64,000 nt of DNA from Strigamia acuminata (taxonomy: Eukaryota): NCBI GenBank assembly GCA_949358305.1, contig OX442314.1:25916001-25980000 (forward strand). The letters are read 5' to 3'. The notes under the pieces were generated by a model that saw only the letters and a list, made by a program, of their open reading frames with translations, had not been told where the DNA came from and searched no databases. Position numbers and translations under genes: made by a program. The stretch's first letter is position 1. Each line of letters begins with the position of its first letter. Below are positions 20,478 through 32,364 of the stretch, piece by piece.

Positions 20478-23264
20478 GTCGACCCGCTAGAATCGTGGGA
20501 CGCCCTGCCTCCGACGGCGTCAACCGCCAACAACATCTTTCGCGGAGCCCTGCCGATTTACCTGCGGCAGGCCTATCCTGCAGAGACCAGCGCCTGGAAA
20601 ATCCGATTGATGTATTCCAGGACCCTCGAGGAAAAATTCGAGCGATCAAAAACGCTGGTCAAGTGCATGACGAAGGAGATGAGGGAGCGAGTGGGGCCGC
20701 GGATCCCACCCGATGCGGATCCGCCGAGCCCCGTTTACTCCGGGTACCTGGAAGAGGCTTACCCAGGCACGGTGGCCGAGCTGCACACCTCCCATAGGTG
20801 GAGCGAGGCCCCGACCTTGGCAGCCCGCCAGAGAATAGTGGACGACGAGATCAAACGCTTAAAGCGCACCGAGACTCACGGAGTAACCCGAGTTCTCGAG
20901 AGAAACGGTTTCTCCCCCGAAGAAATCCGTAGATGGCTTCGCGACATCGAAGAAGATCATCTGACACCCAGATGGATACCGCCGGCGAATTTTACGGCCA
21001 CGCAGTCTGAGATGTGGCAGTTATACCACGCTGGTATCCTGGGAAGTCGCCGCCATCACAGAAGATCGAAGCGTCCGGCGGAGTCCGCCCCACGCGGACC
21101 CGCACGAAGAAGACAGGCCGTCTCCCCAATAGAGGCCGGCCCGTCAACGAGCCGCGACTACCGCAGCCGCTCGAGCAGCTCCAGTTCCCGAACTCGAGTT
21201 GTCGTGCGCTCGGAGTGTCGCCGAGTAGTAACGCTCGAGCCTGCCTCGCCAGACGACGCGCGGGCTGAGCGAACAGTCGAATCTTCCGCCCACTGGGCTG
21301 CGAGGACCGAGACACACCAAGATCGAGGAAAGAAAAGATCCTCGTTGTTCATGGCGATTACCACACAGTCGTCAGATCAATCCTCGTCGCGACGAACCGT
21401 CTCATCACACCAGAGACCGAATTCTCCGACGGACGTCCCCCAGAGGACGGCCCAACGAAGATCCGTCGCAGCCAGCACCCGGAGGAATCGAAAGCGCAAA
21501 GTACGTCAGAAGTTGCGAGCACAATCCCTGATAGCTAAGGGATTAGAGAAGGAGCGAGAGATGGCCGCCGCGAAACGGTCCGAACCCCAGAGTCTCGGAC
21601 CCACGGCTGGACCGTCCAGGCGCCAAGCAGAGATTGATTTGGGAGAGTTGACGGAAGAGCAAATGTCCCCAGATGAGTCGGACAAAGATGGGCCGGTTAC
21701 AAAACAGGATCTGGCCGTAGCATTGAAGAACGCCTTCCGAGGATACGCGGCCAACCGGCCGTCGGGCTCAACACCGGCTGTGCCCACCGCGCTTGTGCCC
21801 CCACAAGTGCAATCGCGATGGCCGCCACTCCTCGAGGGTACAAACCCAGCCGTGACCGCTTGGACCCCTCCCCGGATGATTCCGGTGGGGGATCCAGCTC
21901 CGAAGCGGGTCAGATACGATAATCTACCCGGGCTGGGCCGTCCACCGTCACCCCCAACGCCACGAGTGTGTCGACCTTATCGCAACGCCGAATGGTGCGC
22001 CCAGCGAGAGATGGACGCTCGATGCCGGCGTGAAGCGGCCTATCCCCCACTCAGCGAGCTACAAGAATATCTGGCCGAATACGAGAACCCCGCGATTGCC
22101 GAGTTGGCCATACGACAGGCCGACGCCGCCCAAACCCACCACATCAATTGGGCGATCGAACAGATGCGGACGCTGTCACAACAATTCAGTGGCAATCCGG
22201 ACCGCGCTCACCCCTGCCATCGGAGCAGTTTGAATTTGGCAGTGACGAACGTCATGGCCCAGCTGCTGTCCCTGGGCGTCTTCTTGGACAGTCGGCAGGC
22301 TATGGCGGCCTGGACAATCGTCGACCGTGAGGGAGTTCACCTTCCTCGGGCGTTGTACCAGGTATGGGCCGGATGGACTCCTGAGCCCGCCTCGCTGCGC
22401 TTCGACCTGGCCAGGAATACGGAGAACCCAGGCCTGCAGTTTTCGAAGATGCGTTCGTTGGCATTCCGCTACCGGAACCCCGGAGTCCACCCTTCCTTGT
22501 TGCGAACAATTCGGGAGGCTCCGGAGATACCGGGAACGACAGCGAGCCTCCCACAGGCCATCGAGACCGCCCCCCCAGAGGCGGCGGTCCAACCATACAT
22601 ACCGACCCCAAAGCCGGTATTCCCAAAGGAGAAGCGGTATGCGAATCGACCCAAATTGATTCCGAAGCGCTCCAACCGAGGACCGCGAACTCCTCCGCTG
22701 CCCTCTCCTTCGCCACCAGCGGCAGAGCTGGCCGCTCTTACAACAGAGCCGGCTACGCCACCGTTGGAGAGTCCAATGGAGATTCCACTTCCTCCATCGC
22801 CTCCGCCGCCCCCAGCAGCGCAGCTTTATTTGAGGCTGGGAGTGGAATACCCCTTCCTTCAGATGTCGGAGTTCACGCGACAACGCATCATTGACTCCGA
22901 TGATCACGGCGAGTCGGTCCTCAAATGGCTGAACAGAGAGGCCCGATCTACCATGGACGCCGTCTTCCATCGCCGAATCTTGCGAGCCCACCGGAAACCC
23001 GGATCGAGCGCCGAGTCGCGAAGGATCCGGCTCGTTCCCGACCGATTCCCGGCATCCACCCGGATTTGGATCCACGAACGTACGGGACTGATTGGCGAGC
23101 CGGTCGGCGGTCACCCGCAGTACTTCATCAACGAGCGACAGAATCCTGCGGATCTGACAACCTCTCTGCCCCCGGATTTACCACCGCCGCCCCCGGCAGT
23201 GCCACCAGTGATCCTCCGCCCATGCAGAGGAGTGCTGCCGGCTCTTCGCAGAGGAGAGCGATAA
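20478..23264 (+). CDS. Element B ORF3 main exon (about 967 aa if spliced), unknown function, Arg/Ser/Pro-rich, not Env-like
   Basis: Frame open from the acceptor TTATTCAG|GTC through the listed 885-aa ORF to a stop 44 nt before the 3' LTR. Confidence 0.88.
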   Translation, partial: VDPLESWDALPPTASTANNIFRGALPIYLRQAYPAETSAWKIRLMYSRTLEEKFERSKTLVKCMTKEMRERVGPRIPPDADPPSPVYSGYLEEAYPGTVAELHTSHRWSEAPTLAARQRIVDDEIKRLKRTETHGVTRVLERNGFSPEEIRRWLRDIEEDHLTPRWIPPANFTATQSEMWQLYHAGILGSRRHHRRSKRPAESAPRGPARRRQAVSPIEAGPSTSRDYRSRSSSSSSRTRVVVRSECRRVVTLEPASPDDARAERTVESSAHWAARTETHQDRGKKRSSLFMAITTQSSDQSSSRRTVSSHQRPNSPTDVPQRTAQRRSVAASTRRNRKRKVRQKLRAQSLIAKGLEKEREMAAAKRSEPQSLGPTAGPSRRQAEIDLGELTEEQMSPDESDKDGPVTKQDLAVALKNAFRGYAANRPSGSTPAVPTALVPPQVQSRWPPLLEGTNPAVTAWTPPRMIPVGDPAPKRVRYDNLPGLGRPPSPPTPRVCRPYRNAEWCAQREMDARCRREAAYPPLSELQEYLAEYENPAIAELAIRQADAAQTHHINWAIEQMRTLSQQFSGNPDRAHPCHRSSLNLAVTNVMAQLLSLGVFLDSRQAMAAWTIVDREGVHLPRALYQVWAGWTPEPASLRFDLARNTENPGLQFSKMRSLAFRYRNPGVHPSLLRTIREAPEIPGTTASLPQAIETAPPEAAVQPYIPTPKPVFPKEKRYANRPKLIPKRSNRGPRTPPLPSPSPPAAELAALTTEPATPPLESPMEIPLPPSPPPPPAAQLYLRLGVEYPFLQMSEFTRQRIIDSDDHGESVLKWLNREARSTMDAVFHRRILRAHRKPGSSAESRRIRLVPDRFPASTRIWIHERTGLIGEPVGGHPQYFINERQNPADLTTSLPPDLPPPPPAVPPVILRPCRGVLPALRRGER

Positions 23265-23293
23265 AATTGAGATCGCTCCGATCCGAGATCGAA

Positions 23294-23308
23294 GCTGGAG
23301 GAGGGACG
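23294..23308 (+). promoter_or_regulatory. Polypurine tract of B
   Basis: GCTGGAGGAGGGACG immediately before the 3' LTR. Confidence 0.85.
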
Positions 23309-24128
23309 TGTGGTGACCCAGTTGGATAAGTGTCCCCCCAGGGCGGATGCTTGTCCTCTGAGTCACTGTGATTGAAGAGTCGTTCCCCCCCGAGTTGGCT
23401 CCACCTCCCCATGGCAGGTGTGTGCCCCGAGGGGGAGGAAGCGGCTGATGGTCAGCCCCCATTGGTTGATCGCCGGCCCTTCACCCCACTGCATAAAAGG
23501 CTGTGTTTCCCGCCTAAAGTTAGAACTTACACAAACGACACCAAGAACACAGCAACTACCTCACCGTCAGGCCAACTTCAACTACAAGTTAGGATTGATC
23601 GAGGATCGCTGAGTAAAGTGCAAACTGTAACTCTCACGAAGTCACTTGCGAGCTATTCCTGCGAAAGCACGAGAATAGCCCTTGTGAAATCACCCAGAAT
23701 AATCGCCCAGACGATTATTCGCCGAAGTAAGTGTCCGAGTGCTTTGTAGGGAACCCCAAAGTTCCTAGACGAGGCCTCTGCGACGCTAAACAAACCCTAG
23801 ACAACAGGCACGGATAGAAGACTCGAAAGAGCATTCCACCGCGTCCGTGAAGACGAATCCGTGACGAATTAACGACAACTCGAGACGCCGCCTTTGTTCC
23901 GCCGACCACGCGGAATCGACGACGCCATCTTGAGAAATCCTTTGTTCGACGCTGACCACGTCGACTCTAGAATTATTACTGAGTGTATTTTAAAGGCATA
24001 AAGCCTGGTGAATAAATTACCTGTTTATTTACATACATTTGGTATTCATTTGGGTATTTACATAATTGATCACAGGTAAAGTATTACACGTTAGCGCTAT
24101 TTAAACCTATACCAAGTAGGACGCGACA
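23309..24128 (+). repeat. 3' LTR of element B
   Basis: Copy of 11261-12080, followed by TSD CCGT. Confidence 0.97.
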
Positions 24129-24132
24129 CCGT

Positions 24133-24393
24133 GTATTGTTGAGCTTCACACAGAGAGGAAAACTGCGTCACTTCCAATTGGTAATGGCGACAGTAAACCT
24201 CTAAATCATGCGGGACGGATAGTGGATCCGTTTGAGAACTACCTGGGTTGGAAACGTCTCTAGGAACATTTTCTTCCCCCTGGCTTTCTAAATCAGACTC
24301 TACAATTGCTCTTGGTGTTTCACACATACCACCACGTCGTCGTGCTCCACGATCTCCTCGTGTTCCACGAACTCTTACAGGTCTACGGGCCAT
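24133..24393 (-). pseudogene. gag: Element A gag, 5' part (87 codons, MARRPVRVRG...)
   Basis: Removing B and one TSD copy joins this in frame to 11260-9473, giving a stop-free 682-aa Gag. Confidence 0.9.
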
Positions 24394-25237
24394 AATACTC
24401 AAAGAAATACACGTACAAAAAAAAAAAAATAAAATTTAACTGAACTAGCGTAAATGTAACACGCTTAATATTAAACTAAGAAATAATTTGAAAAAATACA
24501 ACCTTAGCTGCTGAAACTGAAGTGGCTTCGGGAAAACTGTCCTGTTGCGTGGTCAAGAATGGTCCAAACGGGCACTGGTCACAAAGGCACAACTGGATGG
24601 TCGCACTGTCGAAAAGCAAGTGTGGCTGAATATTGGTTGTCAAACTAGCTTCCGGAAAATCTCCTTTGTCAAGACAGTCTGCTGCGATTGGTGATGTTGA
24701 AAAATTTCTGATAATTTCTAACCCGAAATTCTCAACAATGTCACATCTGGATGACCTACTCCGAGCTGCATCGTGAGTGGCTCTCTTTGGCACATTCTTT
24801 ACCTTGTCAGGGATTAAAAAATCATAATTCCTAACATTGACAGAACAATAGAAAACTAGTCAAGTTTTTAACCAGTAACATAAAATATTTTAACTTTTTA
24901 TTTTTTAGTCAGCAGAATTTCTAGTCAAATTCGTTTTTGATCGAAATTCAAGGTTTCGCAATTTTTCAGAATATAGCCGAATATTCTGAGAAAATCAAAA
25001 TAGATTTTTTCGTAAGAGATTCGGAATTATAATGAGTTTTCAAAATAATCCAAAAATTCGACTCCAAATATTTCCAAAAGATAATGAGAATTTTTTGAAA
25101 ACAAATGAATATTTCACAGTAAATTTATAGAGAAAAATCGGAAATTTTCTAATTATAATATCTACATAAAATAATCAAAAAATTCATTTTTCAATTTTAC
25201 ACTTGATCACAGAGTTCACTTCAATAAAATGCAACCT

Positions 25238-25255
25238 ATCTCGGTGGAACCTCCA
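25238..25255 (-). promoter_or_regulatory. Primer binding site of A (tRNA-Gln)
   Basis: Plus strand ATCTCGGTGGAACCTCCA matches the recalled 3' 18 nt of animal tRNA-Gln; 2 nt from the LTR. Confidence 0.88.
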
Positions 25256-25257
25256 CG

Positions 25258-26847
25258 TGTGACGATTACCTTCTGGAGATAGCAATTGCTAAACTAAAGT
25301 GTGAACTATCCGTGTGAAAATGTAAAATATGCAAACCTGATGTTTTCTCAAAACATATAACATTTATTCCGGTTTGAACCTTATATAAATACTATGCCTA
25401 CAAGTGGCTAAAATGACGATAAGTTAAACTATACAGTTATTTGGCAAAAGCCCTGAAATAATATCATTTGAAGGCTTCAGTCATGCAATAAGAATTTGTA
25501 ACGGTCTTATTGCTGTGACGTAAAAGATGTCATCTATGAATGGCTTTGGCTTCTAAATGGTCCGGGGTTTGGTTCTAAAAGGCGTGTAAATGGTTAGGCT
25601 GGGTGGGTTATATCCGAGAGGTGCGGTTGACTTTTCTGTATCGTCACACACATCGCGTCGCAGATAATTATTGTAATCAATAATTATTGCGAGATGTAAC
25701 AATGTGAGAATAAATATTCATATTAATTCTATGGAATTGATCATGATATTTTATAGTCACAAACTTAACTAAAACTATGAAAATAAGTAAAATATATTAA
25801 AATAGCGCCGAGCTATTTTTGCCCCGAGTGCAATCAACATCTAAGTTAGACTTAAATGTTCCGTCAAACCAATAACGAATTGAATCGAAATATCTCGCAG
25901 GAAAGGTTATCCATCGCCGGGAAATTACTCCACTCGGTCCTGGCTGGCGGGAGAGTAACCGGGAAATTACTCCGCGTCGATCACTCTGATAATGCGTCTG
26001 TGAAATATAAATACTCCACTCTAGATTCTACATTACCAATGCGTCTGTGAATTTTACTCCACTCTAGATTCTGCACTCTACAACGGAATGTTGGCATGAA
26101 GCTGGAGGGAGTGCGTCTGTGGGTTGTACCCCACTCTAGATACTACACTTAAATGTGTCTGTGAATCTCTCCACTCTAGTTACTACATTTCTACAACGGA
26201 ATGTTGGCATGAAGAGGCGGGAAGTGTGTCTGTGAGTCTTCTACCCACTCTAGATACTTACACTAAATACAAAGTATTTCTACAACGGATTGTCGGAACG
26301 CAGAGAAGTATAATATGTGCTCAAGTAATATCAGTATCAAACAAAAACAGAACAAGAGCGAGCTATATCCGTTTTGCAGGGGGATATATACTCGGTGAGG
26401 AGAATAGCTGTTCAGTGATCCAATGGGATCACTGGGCAGTCAAATCCATCCAATCCCAGATCATAGGAAGTGGATACTCAGGACATAGTCTTCTACTAGG
26501 TCCACTACAGGAACTGGATACGCAGGACACATTTTGGATTAAGTCCCTTTGACTATAATCCAAAAGGAGTCCAACTCACAGTGGGTGATGGGGGGTGACT
26601 TCACCAGGTGTAGAGTTTGCACATAATTCAATAGAATTATGTGACAAATAAATCAACTAATATTTAAACATCCAAAAGTATTTAAAAGTGTCTAAAGTCG
26701 CAGTGGAATAAAATATAAATAGTAATTTATATTTTATTCACTCAAAAATTGTCGAAATTTGAAATTACCGCTAAAACGTACCAGCGCCATCTATCGGTGA
26801 AATGTTCGTCCTATATTAACAAAGTGTTTGACAGTGTAACCGTCACA
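25258..26847 (-). repeat. 5' LTR of element A (1590 bp)
   Basis: TG...CA direct repeat of 1-1588. Confidence 0.97.
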
Positions 26848-27114
26848 AACTCGAATAAAAGCCAAAAAAATCAATAAAAGTTGCAAATTGTGGAGTCTGG
26901 ATGCCAACTATTTGGTGGAATGCGAGACCGATTTGAGCCACGATGTGGCCAAACAGAAATGAAGTTAACTGTTAGCATTGTAAAGTTATTTTTGTGTTAG
27001 TTAGTTTTTAGGCCACTAGATGGCGATATAGTTCTGGGTTTTTCCCTGCTAAAACTGTAATCCAACACTAAGATTGTAAAACCAAAACTAAAACTTATTC
27101 GTGAAGTAAAAACT

Positions 27115-27310
27115 TTTTATTGATTTTCATTGATTTTAATCGATTTTCATTAATTTTTTATTGCTTTTCATTAATTTTTAATTGCTTTTCATTAATTTTT
27201 AATTGATTTTCATTGATTTTAATCGGTTTTTATTATTTTTTTATTGCTTTACATTAATTTTTTATTGATGTTCATTGATTTTAATCGATTTTCATTAATT
27301 TTTTATTGGT
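27115..27310. repeat. Degenerate AT-rich tandem repeat (ATTGATTTTC-like units)
   Basis: Visible periodic ATTGATTTT/ATTAATTTT units. Confidence 0.7.
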
Positions 27311-30164
27311 TTGGGCGCAGTTACACGGGCAATTCAACTCAAATCGATACCCGTCGATCGTAGTCGTAGCCATCACGAGCATGAACTGCATCGTACGCAT
27401 TTCTACTACACAAAATTCGTCGTGTTTTGATTAAAATTAACGGCGGTGGAAGGAGTTTGTGAAAAAACTATGTTGTATGCGTCGGGGTAACCCTAGGTTT
27501 ATTATTCGACATCCGAGTTCGACCAAAACAGTGTAAATTAATCTTTTTAATTTTGTTGGTTTCGACGGGGGTCGGGGATCTATTTGTATTCCGGAGTAGG
27601 TGGGATTGGCTCGGCATGGGTGAGTGGGTTAACCACCGTGCTTATTTTTTAACATTTGTTTTTCGATTGGACCGTGGATGTTTGGCCGAACCACCGTAGA
27701 ATCCGCGATTGACCAAACAATTTTTTTTTTTTTTTTTTTTTTGGATGGGGGTCAGGGATTGATGCCGTAGAAGGTGCGGTTGGGTCCGCATGGCTGAGTA
27801 GATATACCACCGTGTTTTTTTTTATTTTTTTTTTATTTTTGTTTGAAATTAGCAAAAATGCCAGTGCAAAATGGAGAGGTCAGGGGCAAATTGAAAAATC
27901 GTCGGTGCAGACGACAATTAAATTCAATCAAATGAATAAAACCATGCAATATTTATCATCAGGAGAGAGTATAATATTTTTCCTCGTTGTTTATGGTCGT
28001 TTGTAGTGAATTATAGCTTACTATATTTGAATTTCGAGCTCGTTTTTAAGCTTTTTCTTCTGGCGATAGATGGCGACACGGTGAAATAGCTAATTCTAGT
28101 TTAATTGATAAAAATCAAATAAAGTTTTATGCCAGGAATTGCAGGAAGCCGAAAATGTTATGGATTTGGTGTTTGCTTGGTCCAATAATTCAGTTTCAAT
28201 ACGTTTCTTTATGGTTTGTAATAATTTTTTCCGTTTTAATCACCTTTTTTTATCTCCAATTCTTGTAGTGTCACTCGGTCACTCACCCCACATCTGCCAA
28301 TCAGTGACCAGTGACTTTGACCCATTTTCAACCCCTTTGTTTTCCCTGTTTTTCGGTGAAGAAACCACATTCCAACTACATTTACTGTCACACCAAAAAA
28401 TGGAAAAGCTGAATTTGCAAATTAAATTTAAAAAATATTTTATTTTGGCATAAAATTAAATTTTATTATTACAAAATTGCATTTTTTGGCGTAAAAGTAA
28501 AAAAGCACATTTCATACAAGTGGGAAAAAAATAATTGACGAAATAAAAACCAATAAAACTTTGGAAAATTGTTAAATGTACTCCATTTTTTTTTTAGAAA
28601 GTTTTCTAAAGTTGCCGTTGGTGACGAAATTAAATAAATAAAGTTTTTTTGAAAAACGAAAATAAGGCGAACTTTCTTGTTATTTACGGTCCAGTTTTAT
28701 TTGCATTCTAATTGTATAACAAATCGGTAACAAACAACAAGAACAACAACAACAACTACTCTTTCTTTTTTTCAATTTTTACAATCTTTTTTTCAACAAA
28801 TTTGCAGTTTAAGTCGTGAAACGGAAACGTTAATCTGTCATGGTTTTCTCTTTTGGCACACAGGTGGCGCCAAAGTTTTTCCAAGTTTCAGTTTTTCTCG
28901 CTTAAAAATGAGTTTATTTTTTTATTTTTGTGTCTTTCCTCCAAAGATTTTTATTTTTTGCAATGTCTCCAAAGTGTTATCCTGATTAAATTGAAATTAA
29001 AAAAATTCAAAATTTTTAATTTTTGACCTTTCTCAGATTAAAAGAGCAGCTCCCTTACTTAATCCCTACTTCTACGAATTGGGTTGCAGGTGTTGCCTGC
29101 CATTTTATTTTTAATTTTGCTTTACAGACAAATCAAATCAAACCAAATCAAACAATCTTTTTGAATAAAGCTTTTATGTGGGTGCTTCAAATCGAGTGCG
29201 CTACTAACGCCGATTGTTTTGCCATTGCCGTGACCGTGCAAAAAAAGTTTGAAAAAATAACTTGTTCTTAACGGAGTTGCGACATGAAAAAAAGAACAAA
29301 ATATATGGGCAGATAAGAATTTTGATTTTAATCAGGTTACGACACACATCAGCGTGCTGCTGGAATTTCCTACCCGTAAGTAACCGTTGTGTGATGAGTC
29401 GATTCGTCATTGCGGCAGGCGTAACTGATAAGGTTGGTCGTTCGTCTGGCTAGAAAGATTTACGTCTTCGGTCTTAAATTTGAATCGGTTTTTAGTGACA
29501 GCCGAAACGTTGGTCGTTCGTAATTAACGTTTGGTTTGGGGGTTTTTGTTAAGATTTATCGATGTTGAAACATTCTGTCATGTTTTCAAAATGATGTTAA
29601 GTGTACAAATATTCTTTGGGCAACGTTGATTTTAATGAGCGGTTGTTTTTAATATGTTTTTAAGCATTTTTCCGATACGAGTTCGTTGTACGGAAATCGC
29701 CCCGGACCATCAATGGGTTTTTTGTTATTACTTTTTACTTTGTGAACAATTTGCCACTTATGTATTATTATTAAGTGCACGTTTTCGTGCAATATAATTG
29801 TATTCTGATTGTCAATAATTTCAGTCTTCTGTGAAATCGATTAAAGTATGTTATGTTTTTCTTAGTTTAAAGTGAGTTTATTTATTCGTACGATTTCTGC
29901 CAGCGCCTCGACGATCGCGGCAGGTTGCTCGCTACAGCGCAATTCGTTTCCGCGACGTACGAAGTCATTCCTACACGCTACGTGGTATATAAAGACCACT
30001 GGAACTGCAGATTCTCATTTTCATTCTCGTTCGAAGTCCAACCGGTGACACTTCAAATAAATAAAGATTCATACTTAATTAAAATCAAATTTATTAATTC
30101 TGGCCAAACAAATTACAAATGTAATAAAAAATAAATAAACAACCAGGATGCAACCAAGTCTCAA

Positions 30165-30380
30165 AAATTTTCCCGGTCGAAAATTTTCCCGGTCGAAAAT
30201 CTTCCCGGTCGAAAATTTTGCCAGTCGAAAATTTTACCTGTTTGAGTCGAAAAAATGCCGAGTCGAAAATTTTACTGGTCGAAAATTTTCCTGGTCGAAA
30301 ATAATCGCAGTCGAAAAAAAGGCCATTTCACCTCGAGTCGAAAATAATCCCGGTCGAAAGGAATTCGGGTCGAAAATTTT
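30165..30380. repeat. Degenerate tandem repeat with GTCGAAAA core
   Basis: About ten GTCGAAAA cores at roughly 15-30 bp spacing. Confidence 0.75.
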
Positions 30381-31406
30381 CTGTCTTACCGGCGAAATGA
30401 CCTCACTTCCTAAAATTGAAGGGGCGGAGCTAGTGGCGTAGCAATCGCTTCTCTGACGTCAGTGGGCGCCGATTCAAAATTCAAAGTGTAAAAATAGCAT
30501 CCTGTGCAGTTTTTTGCGTATAAAAATACCGACAAGTCAAAATTAGATTTTAAATTAGTTTTTTTTTATTTCCCAAAGATAAGAAGATTAGGAAAAAATT
30601 GCAATTTGTGTGCAAACAAAAAATATGATCAATTTTAAAGCAGAAAGAATCTGTTCAATAGTGTGACAATTGCAAATTACATGCAATGGACAGTTGGACA
30701 ATCTAGAGGCACAGTTCAAAAAGCTAGTTTATGGGCAAAATCAAAAATATAATTTGACCTGTTTTTTAATTAAGAATTGTTTGTATTTATTTGTGAATCA
30801 TTTATGGGTTTTTAATTTTAGTTAGGAAATTCACATACAAATGATATTCTATTTATTTAAAATTTTATGTAATAATTCCATGGATTTGTTGAAGTAAAAA
30901 TATTTTTTAGAATGCTCTATTATTGTTCAAATCGAATTTTTTGCATAACAAAAAAAAACGTGACTGTACAGTTTAATTTAATATCATACCTTGTCCATTT
31001 ATTTTTTATCCAAATTTATCAGTGTCACACAAGTTTGATTTCAAAAATCATAAAAATCATACAACAGTAATAAAATAAAAAAAAATAAAAATTTATTGAT
31101 GAGTGCAATCAAACAATTTAGTTAAGAAAAAATATTTTTGAAAATTATTCCAATTTTATTATGGTATATTATGGTGAAAGTTCATGGATGGCTTAAACAA
31201 ACACTTACTGGTAATCCAAATTCCAAACTTTGTAAAATACCTGACAAATTTGTAGAATAAATGGATTTGGTATCAGTATAAACGTTGTTCCAATGCTGAT
31301 CATATTACACCCGGCGACGACTGACGTCATAAAAATGAGAACCAATGAGAGCCTGGTACACCCAACTCTCCAAGTGGCCAAACCTAATAACGTCGTTCAA
31401 CCTTGG

Positions 31407-31584
31407 GGAGATCACGGAAGCAAGCGCCAATGGTCTCAACCGAGAAGCGCACGAAAGCGCCATCAGCAACGAATATGATAATCTTGTATTTAACCTTTTG
31501 TTTGAATTAAATAAAATTACTTGTAACATTCCACATTACGAATCGCATCGTGTTCAATTTATTTCCAACAGAAGGAAACAGGAA
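31407..31584 (+). repeat. Dispersed repeat of about 178 bp; inverted copy at 57622-57798
   Basis: Near-identical reverse-complement match (GGAGATCACGGAAGCAAGCGCC...GAAGGAAACAGGAA). Confidence 0.85.
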
Positions 31585-32364
31585 GCATGCCAAACGAATT
31601 TAAACGGCCATTTGTACGATTGTACAGCTAGTACAGTTAGTACAAATTCAGTTTGTTTGCAGGATATGACATTTTAACGTGAAAACGAGGTGATTAATTT
31701 AATACATTTAAGCAAATTTTGTTTAACCAATTTGAATGCAATTACCGTACATCTTCGAATTGTCCGTGGGCCTTTAATAGCGCGTAGATCTCCAATTGCG
31801 CGCGGGTGCATAATTGGAGGCCCAAAATTTTCGAAATGTGCCAAAAAAGGACAAAAAATGAAACGTTTTGTATACGTTTTTTCCCGAAACGTATGGAAAA
31901 CGTTTCATTTGTCACACTTTTAGGTGTTTTTCGTTGCAGATACGTTAAAAAAACACAGCTTTGGCCAATTGACCGATGCTGGGTTTAAATAGTCCGCAGG
32001 CTAGAGTGTTTTGCACTCCATTCCTTTCATTTGTTTTCTGTGTTAAATTGTGACGCGCGTCTTGCACGTCGCGTTCCCGCGACTTTGCGAGATTGCGTGT
32101 CGCGCCACCTATGTTTCTTATGCAAATAAACATTCATGCAAATTTCCTACTACCGACTGGTCACTTATCGAACACCATCCAAGTACAATCCAATAGCATC
32201 GGTGCAATCAAGCACAAGAACACACCACGGGCCTCTAATAGCGCACTGGCCTCTATTTGTGCGCAGGGCGAAAAAATTTAAATAGCGTGCGGGTGCATTA
32301 TTTGAAGATATACGGTAATGTTTCTCACTGTGGGAAGATAAATTGAAATATCCCACACAAACTC

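Larger units (their letters stand above)
11261..24128 (+). mobile_element. Ty3/Gypsy LTR retrotransposon B, full length, nested antisense in A's gag
   Basis: 820-bp TG...CA LTRs at 11261-12080 and 23309-24128. 4-bp TSD CCGT at 11257-11260 and 24129-24132. PBS, PPT and intact gag, pol and ORF3. Confidence 0.98.
1..26847 (-). mobile_element. Ty3/Gypsy LTR retrotransposon A (about 14 kb without nested element B): gag, pol and an extra ORF3
   Basis: Direct repeats 1-1588 and 25258-26847 (offset 25259). PBS next to the right LTR and PPT next to the left LTR, both on the minus strand. pol order PR-RT-RH-IN. The left LTR lacks 2 nt cut by the window edge, so the TSD cannot be checked. Confidence 0.97.

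Noticed and set aside
22176..23114. 312-aa antisense ORF overlapping B ORF3
   Set aside because: Expected shadow of a GC-rich coding strand; no motif or expression signal.
25238..25255. tRNA gene
   Set aside because: Only the 18-nt 3' end including CCA is present; it is a primer binding site.
30421..30461. GC box plus CRE (GGGGCGGAGC, TGACGTCA) as a host promoter
   Set aside because: Short motifs with no linked exon; not supportable.
26848..32364. Search for the first coding exon of the transporter gene
   Set aside because: No exon encoding the expected first transmembrane G-x-G motif was found by eye. It may lie upstream of the window, and the short ORFs here look non-coding.
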